The translations under genes and the position numbers were made by a program. From positions 1 through 14,328 of the forward strand of contig NZ_FUWK01000052.1 in assembly GCF_900167395.1 (NCBI RefSeq): a stretch of 14,328 bases of DNA, in the 5' to 3' direction. Position 1 is the first letter of the stretch, and the number at the start of each line of letters is the position of its first letter. Below the pieces are notes generated by a model. That model saw nothing but the letters and a program-made list of their open reading frames with translations. It searched no databases and had not been told where the DNA came from. This stretch comes from Nitrosomonas europaea. Lineage in GTDB: Bacteria; Pseudomonadota; Gammaproteobacteria; Burkholderiales; Nitrosomonadaceae. Of the stretch, positions 10,863 to 14,328 are shown one piece after another.

Positions 10863-10969
10863 CAAGGGTCTTCAAAGAATAAAAGCTTATCACTGGTTTC
10901 TTTTAGCATCCGGATAATTTTTACAAGGGCTTTACCCGATCATATTCGTGGTATTGAGCCAAATACTCA

Positions 10970-11944
10970 ATGTTCATGCGTCTATTTTCTTTTTTTCTTC
11001 TTACCTTATCCCTGGGCGCCTGTGTTTCAAAACCGGATCCGGCACCAGTTGTTGAGCGGTTGCCAGGCAGTTATTCGGGGATATCTGGAGATAATGTAAA
11101 AGATTATGAGAGAAAAGAGGTCTATGTTGTGCAAAGTGGCGATACTTTGTATGGTATTGCTCTGAAAAATGGTTTAGATGTCAATCAACTGGCTGAAATG
11201 AACGATATTGCAGATCCGAGAGAGCTGCGAGTTGGTCAGAAGCTTTATTTACGGACCCTTGCAGGACAAGGACAGATTCCTGATCAGGAAGATCTTTCTT
11301 CGCAGCCCACACTTTTCTCAATTTCTCAACCGGGAGATGTCGGTGTCGCCGGTTATCAGCCTGGCACCTTATCTGATGGGAGTAACTATGAAACGACTGA
11401 ATCTTTCAAAACAGAGCCAAAAGGAGTTTTACTGCCTTATTCCGATACAGCGCGTGATCAACTGAATAATCAATCTGGCGCTGCTCAAGTTGATTCCGAA
11501 CCTTATCATCAAGTCAGTAGTATCAAGGAGCCATCCAAAAATAAATCTGATCAGTCAGCGAATGTAAGAACGAACAATAGCAGTATCAACTGGGGATGGC
11601 CGACAAGTGGTCAAATTATTAGCCAGTTTTCTGAGAAATCTAAAGGTGTGGGAATAGGTGGCCAACTTAAACAGGCTGTCCTGGCATCAGCCTCAGGTAC
11701 TGTTGTCTATAGTGGGAGTGGTTTGCGCGGATATGGTAATTTAATCATTATTAAACATAACGATAGTTATCTGAGTGCTTATGGCCACAATAGCAAGATC
11801 TTTGTACATGAAGGTGACAGTGTGTCTAAAGGACAAAAGATTGCTGAGATGGGCAATACCGATGGTGGAGTGGTAAAGCTGCATTTTGAGATACGAGAAA
11901 AAGGCAAACCGGTAGATCCGCTTGGCTATTTGCCTACCAGATAA
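10970..11944 (+). CDS. nlpD: Outer-membrane lipoprotein NlpD: LysM domain, low-complexity linker and a degenerate LytM/M23 domain (probable amidase activator).
   Basis: A signal peptide with lipobox is present (LTLSLGAC). The LysM domain reads YVVQSGDTLYGIALKNGLDVNQLAEMNDIADPRELRVGQKLYL. The C-terminal M23 domain is almost identical in blocks to E. coli NlpD (GYGNLIIIKHNDSYLSAYGHN, KLHFEIREKGKPVDPLGYL). The HxxxD position reads SKGVG and the first His of HxH is Lys, so metal ligands are missing. Confidence 0.85.
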   Translation: MFMRLFSFFLLTLSLGACVSKPDPAPVVERLPGSYSGISGDNVKDYERKEVYVVQSGDTLYGIALKNGLDVNQLAEMNDIADPRELRVGQKLYLRTLAGQGQIPDQEDLSSQPTLFSISQPGDVGVAGYQPGTLSDGSNYETTESFKTEPKGVLLPYSDTARDQLNNQSGAAQVDSEPYHQVSSIKEPSKNKSDQSANVRTNNSSINWGWPTSGQIISQFSEKSKGVGIGGQLKQAVLASASGTVVYSGSGLRGYGNLIIIKHNDSYLSAYGHNSKIFVHEGDSVSKGQKIAEMGNTDGGVVKLHFEIREKGKPVDPLGYLPTR

Positions 11945-11983
11945 CTATTGGTTGTTTTCTGCTTTACTGGATTCGCCGGGGCC

Positions 11984-12733
11984 TCAATTCAGGAGATCAG
12001 ATAGTGTTTGCACACTTAACGGCTTATCAAATGATTGTGCTGCTATTTGATGGGTATGGTCTGTACTTTCTAAATCCTCTAAAACAAGGGCTGCATAACT
12101 GAAATTTTGCTCCCGGGTATATTCGCTGATGGTGATGATTGTTTTTATGCCGGCTGCCGTAGCTGATTTCAGTCCGTTTTCTGAATCTTCAATAGCGATA
12201 CAAGCTTCAGCAGGAAGATTAAGTTGGTTAAGTACCCATTCATAAATATCTGGTGCGGGCTTCTTTTTTGAAACGATATCTCCTGCGCCGATTACATCAA
12301 ACCACTCGAGAGCGCTGTCTCCCAGTGTGCACTGAAGTAAAGTGCTTACATTTTCATAGGTTGTTGTAGTGGCGATTGCAATTTTTATATTGTTTTTTCG
12401 TAACTCGTCCAACAACCGTTTGATGCCTGGCCGTAGTGGTATCTTCCCTTCTTTCAGCAGATTCAGAAAATAGTTGGTTTTGGTTTTATGAATCTGTGCA
12501 ATCCATTCATCAAGATTATTTTTACTAAGTAAAGAAGGTGCATAATTTTCTATATAGAAACGGATGCGTTCCTTGCCACCCGTAATTTGAAGTAAAACGC
12601 CATACAGGTCTACGTCCCACTCCCAATCCAGTTGAAATTCATTGAAAGCCTGATTGAAAGCAATTCGGTGTCCATCTCGTTCGGTATCCGCGAGCGTACC
12701 GTCTACATCAAAAAGAACTGCAGAAAGAGCCAT
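11984..12733 (-). CDS. cbbY: HAD-superfamily phosphatase, CbbY family (putative xylulose-1,5-bisphosphate phosphatase).
   Basis: The 249-aa product has HAD motif I (LFDVDGTLADTE). It also has CbbY-like blocks: HRIAFNQAF, TGGKERI, LRPG, IAIATTT, FDVIGAGDIVSKKKPAPDIY and IEDSENGLKSATAAG. The start lies 15 nt downstream of the tsaC/sua5 stop, so co-transcription is likely. Confidence 0.72.
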   Translation of the reverse strand: MALSAVLFDVDGTLADTERDGHRIAFNQAFNEFQLDWEWDVDLYGVLLQITGGKERIRFYIENYAPSLLSKNNLDEWIAQIHKTKTNYFLNLLKEGKIPLRPGIKRLLDELRKNNIKIAIATTTTYENVSTLLQCTLGDSALEWFDVIGAGDIVSKKKPAPDIYEWVLNQLNLPAEACIAIEDSENGLKSATAAGIKTIITISEYTREQNFSYAALVLEDLESTDHTHQIAAQSFDKPLSVQTLSDLLN

Positions 12734-12748
12734 AGTTTTTTATTGAAG

Positions 12749-13768
12749 TTATTTACTTGTGAATGAATAGCTGGCCCGACTTAACCGATCAGCAACAGCC
12801 AGCCATTCTAAATCATCAGGCGGTGCTTCAACCAGAATCCGCTCGAAATTCGCATCATCGAGTTTACGCAATGTAGCGTATAAATCCTTACCAAATGCTA
12901 CCGGGTCGTTGGGCATAAGAATATAGTGGAATTTATCGTCCGAATTCAACATGGGGATCAGGTGTATGCTGCGAATGATTACAGCTGTACGTATCCCTTG
13001 TTGCAGAAGGTCGAAAGAGCGGGAGAAGAGGGATTCGCTACTTTGGCAGATTTCAAGAGGGGTTGCTGTCGCGTAATGTGATGATAAAGACCCGGGTGTA
13101 CGTATTTTGTTTTGTGATTTAACTGAGACTTTCTGTTGCAGTAAGTTTTCAATGGATAAAACTGAGATACCGCCAGGGCGCAATATCGTGACATCTTTGT
13201 CAATACAACTGACGATAGTACTTTCCAGACCTACTTCACAAGGGCCGCCATCAAGAATTACTTCAATTTTGTCATTAAATGCATTCTTTACATGATCAGC
13301 GATTGTGGGGCTGACAAACCCAAAGCGATTGGCAGATGGTGCGGCAAGTGCTTTGCAACTGCCAAGCTGTTCAAGCAGCTTCAGGGCAATGGGATGTCGG
13401 GGAATGCGCAATCCTACGGTTTCTTGTCCCCCTGTAACGCTAAGGGGAATATGGTTGCTTTTTGTCAAAATTAACGTTAATGGACCAGGCCAGAAATGTT
13501 GGGCCAGTATCCATGCAGTTGCAGGTATATTTTCAGCCCAGAATTCGAGTTCGGATAAATTGGCAAAATGAACGATGAGCGGATGGCTGGAAGGCCTACC
13601 CTTGATTTCAAATATTTTTTGGATTGCTTGAGGCTGAGAAATGTCAGCGCCAAGTCCATAAACGGTTTCAGTTGGAAAAGCAACCACATTACCACTGCGC
13701 AGGCTCATAACGGCCTGCGTAATCTGCTTGTTTATAAAATCTGGAATTAGATTATCAGTTTGCAACAT
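12749..13768 (-). CDS. tsaC: L-threonylcarbamoyladenylate synthase, long form with YrdC and Sua5 domains (t6A tRNA modification).
   Basis: The YrdC signature VVAFPTETVYGLGAD is present, together with later GPLTLIL, LRIPRHP and APSANRFG blocks and a C-terminal Sua5 domain of ~130 aa. The track ORF begins at a TTG (13798). ATG 13768 (MLQTDNLIPDF...) leaves 27 aa before the FPTET motif, close to E. coli TsaC (23 aa), so I prefer it. The start is uncertain by 10 codons. Confidence 0.85.
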   Translation of the reverse strand: MLQTDNLIPDFINKQITQAVMSLRSGNVVAFPTETVYGLGADISQPQAIQKIFEIKGRPSSHPLIVHFANLSELEFWAENIPATAWILAQHFWPGPLTLILTKSNHIPLSVTGGQETVGLRIPRHPIALKLLEQLGSCKALAAPSANRFGFVSPTIADHVKNAFNDKIEVILDGGPCEVGLESTIVSCIDKDVTILRPGGISVLSIENLLQQKVSVKSQNKIRTPGSLSSHYATATPLEICQSSESLFSRSFDLLQQGIRTAVIIRSIHLIPMLNSDDKFHYILMPNDPVAFGKDLYATLRKLDDANFERILVEAPPDDLEWLAVADRLSRASYSFTSK

Positions 13769-13862
13769 TAGGGCTGGAGAATGGAAATTTGTACACAAGC
13801 ATCAATTTTTCTGTATTTCTCGGTAAGTTTAAATTATCAACAATAACAATATATTGGAAAAC

Positions 13863-13891
13863 AATTAACCATTTTAATGTTATGGTTAATT
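13863..13891. repeat. Perfect 10-bp inverted repeat with a 9-nt spacer in the divergent tsaC/amoC intergenic region.
   Basis: AATTAACCAT (13863-13872) and ATGGTTAATT (13882-13891) are exact reverse complements, separated by tttaatgtt. Confidence 0.7.
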
Positions 13892-14005
13892 TCTCTTGAG
13901 GGATGTGAGTAATTTTTGTGATGGTTGTGGGATGGGTTGATTATTTTAACTGATTGATTTTTTGATATTCTACTGATGCTGCTGGTTGTTTGGATAAAAA
14001 AGGGC

Positions 14006-14034
14006 TTGACTAAAAAGGTCAAGGTGACTAGCCT
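14006..14034 (+). promoter_or_regulatory. Candidate sigma70-type promoter for amoC.
   Basis: TTGACT (14006-14011), a 17-nt spacer and TAGCCT (14029-14034) are present, with an A-tract (gataaaaaaggg) just upstream. The predicted TSS near 14041 gives a leader of ~170 nt. The palindrome CTTGAC-N7-GTCAAG (14005-14023) overlaps the -35 and the spacer. Confidence 0.4.
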
Positions 14035-14070
14035 TTCAGATGTATCTGGCGGAGGTATTGGAGCTTTGCC

Positions 14071-14098
14071 GGAACAAAACGAGAAATACGGAGTCGAA
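14071..14098 (+). promoter_or_regulatory. Candidate ECF/sigmaE-type promoter motif inside the amoC leader.
   Basis: GGAACAA (14071-14077), a 16-nt spacer and (G)TCGAA (14093-14098) are present. The enterobacterial RpoE consensus, as I recall it, is GGAACTT-N16-TCAAA. Confidence 0.3.
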
Positions 14099-14144
14099 AA
14101 TCAAGCGGAGACCATGATGTTATTGTGGTTTCTTTGCGATAGTG

Positions 14145-14172
14145 AGTGATGAAAAGTTTAGTTTTCATCACT
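14145..14172 (+). promoter_or_regulatory. 11-bp hairpin in the amoC 5' leader (attenuator, stabiliser or translational switch candidate).
   Basis: AGTGATGAAAA (14145-14155) pairs perfectly with TTTTCATCACT (14162-14172) around the loop gtttag, and GGTTTTAA follows. The 3' arm can alternatively pair with GTGGTGAA (14187-14194), just upstream of the amoC SD AGGAGG (14196-14201). Confidence 0.5.
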
Positions 14173-14210
14173 GGTTTTAACAAAATGTGGTGAATAGGAG
14201 GATAAAGAGA

Positions 14211-14328
14211 TGGCAACTACGTTAGGAACGAGCAGTGCCTCATCAGTCTCGTCGAGAGGCTATGACATGTCACTGTGGTATGACTCCAAATTTTACAAAT
14301 TTGGCATGATTACCATGCTTCTGGTGGC
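14211..14328 (+). CDS. amoC: Ammonia monooxygenase subunit C, first 39 codons; the 3' end lies outside the window.
   Basis: The ORF is not in the track because it runs off the window. ATG 14211 is preceded by AGGAGG. The translation is [40 protein letters not shown] recognise the block [20 protein letters not shown] as the N-terminus of betaproteobacterial AmoC. Whether amoA and amoB follow cannot be seen. Confidence 0.85.

Noticed and set aside
11208-11465. An 85-aa plus-strand ORF in an alternative frame inside nlpD.
   Set aside because: It is embedded in the low-complexity linker region of a well-supported gene, and has no RBS or motif.
13935-13980. Clustered TGATT / TTGAT motifs (ttgattattttaactgattgattttttgatattctactgatg) considered as a Fur box or other iron-responsive operator upstream of amoC.
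   Set aside because: The match to the GATAATGATAATCATTATC consensus is poor. The region is simply AT-rich promoter-distal DNA. The call is not supportable without a position weight matrix scan.
13837-14216. Two minus-strand ORFs (13837..14022, 61 aa; 14028..14216, 62 aa) in the tsaC/amoC intergenic region.
   Set aside because: Their products are AT-driven and low-complexity (runs of N, H, I and K). They have no SD and overlap the amoC promoter and leader elements. They are most likely non-coding, though a small-protein search or Ribo-seq could revisit this.

Overview
This window looks like chromosomal DNA from a Nitrosomonas-type betaproteobacterial ammonia oxidiser. I cannot fix the species from sequence alone. 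The left edge carries the tail of a hydroxylamine-oxidation gene cluster: a 5'-truncated cycA (cytochrome c554) and a complete cycB (membrane tetrahaem cytochrome cM552, NapC/NirT family). The right edge carries the first 39 codons of amoC (ammonia monooxygenase subunit C), on the same strand. About 13 kb of ordinary, strongly syntenic housekeeping genes lie between them. On the plus strand these are thrS-infC-rpmI-rplT-pheS-pheT-ihfA, a MerR-family regulator, tRNA-Pro(GGG) and surE-pcm-nlpD. A convergent minus-strand pair follows: a Sua5/TsaC-type threonylcarbamoyl-AMP synthase and a CbbY-family HAD phosphatase. I see no mobile element, integrase, CRISPR array, toxin-antitoxin pair, defence island or unexplained large ORF, so I do not think a novel multi-gene system is hidden here. 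The points worth a second look are regulatory or architectural. (1) The ~410-nt divergent tsaC/amoC intergenic region holds two promoter candidates, a perfect 10-bp inverted repeat, an 11-codon upstream ORF and two mutually exclusive hairpins just ahead of the amoC ribosome-binding site. (2) infC appears to start at a non-canonical ATA codon, which the ORF track missed. (3) CycB carries a 45-residue, purely acidic C-terminal tail. (4) A strong intrinsic terminator abuts the pheS start. All functional calls rest on my recognition of translated motifs and gene order. No database search was run.
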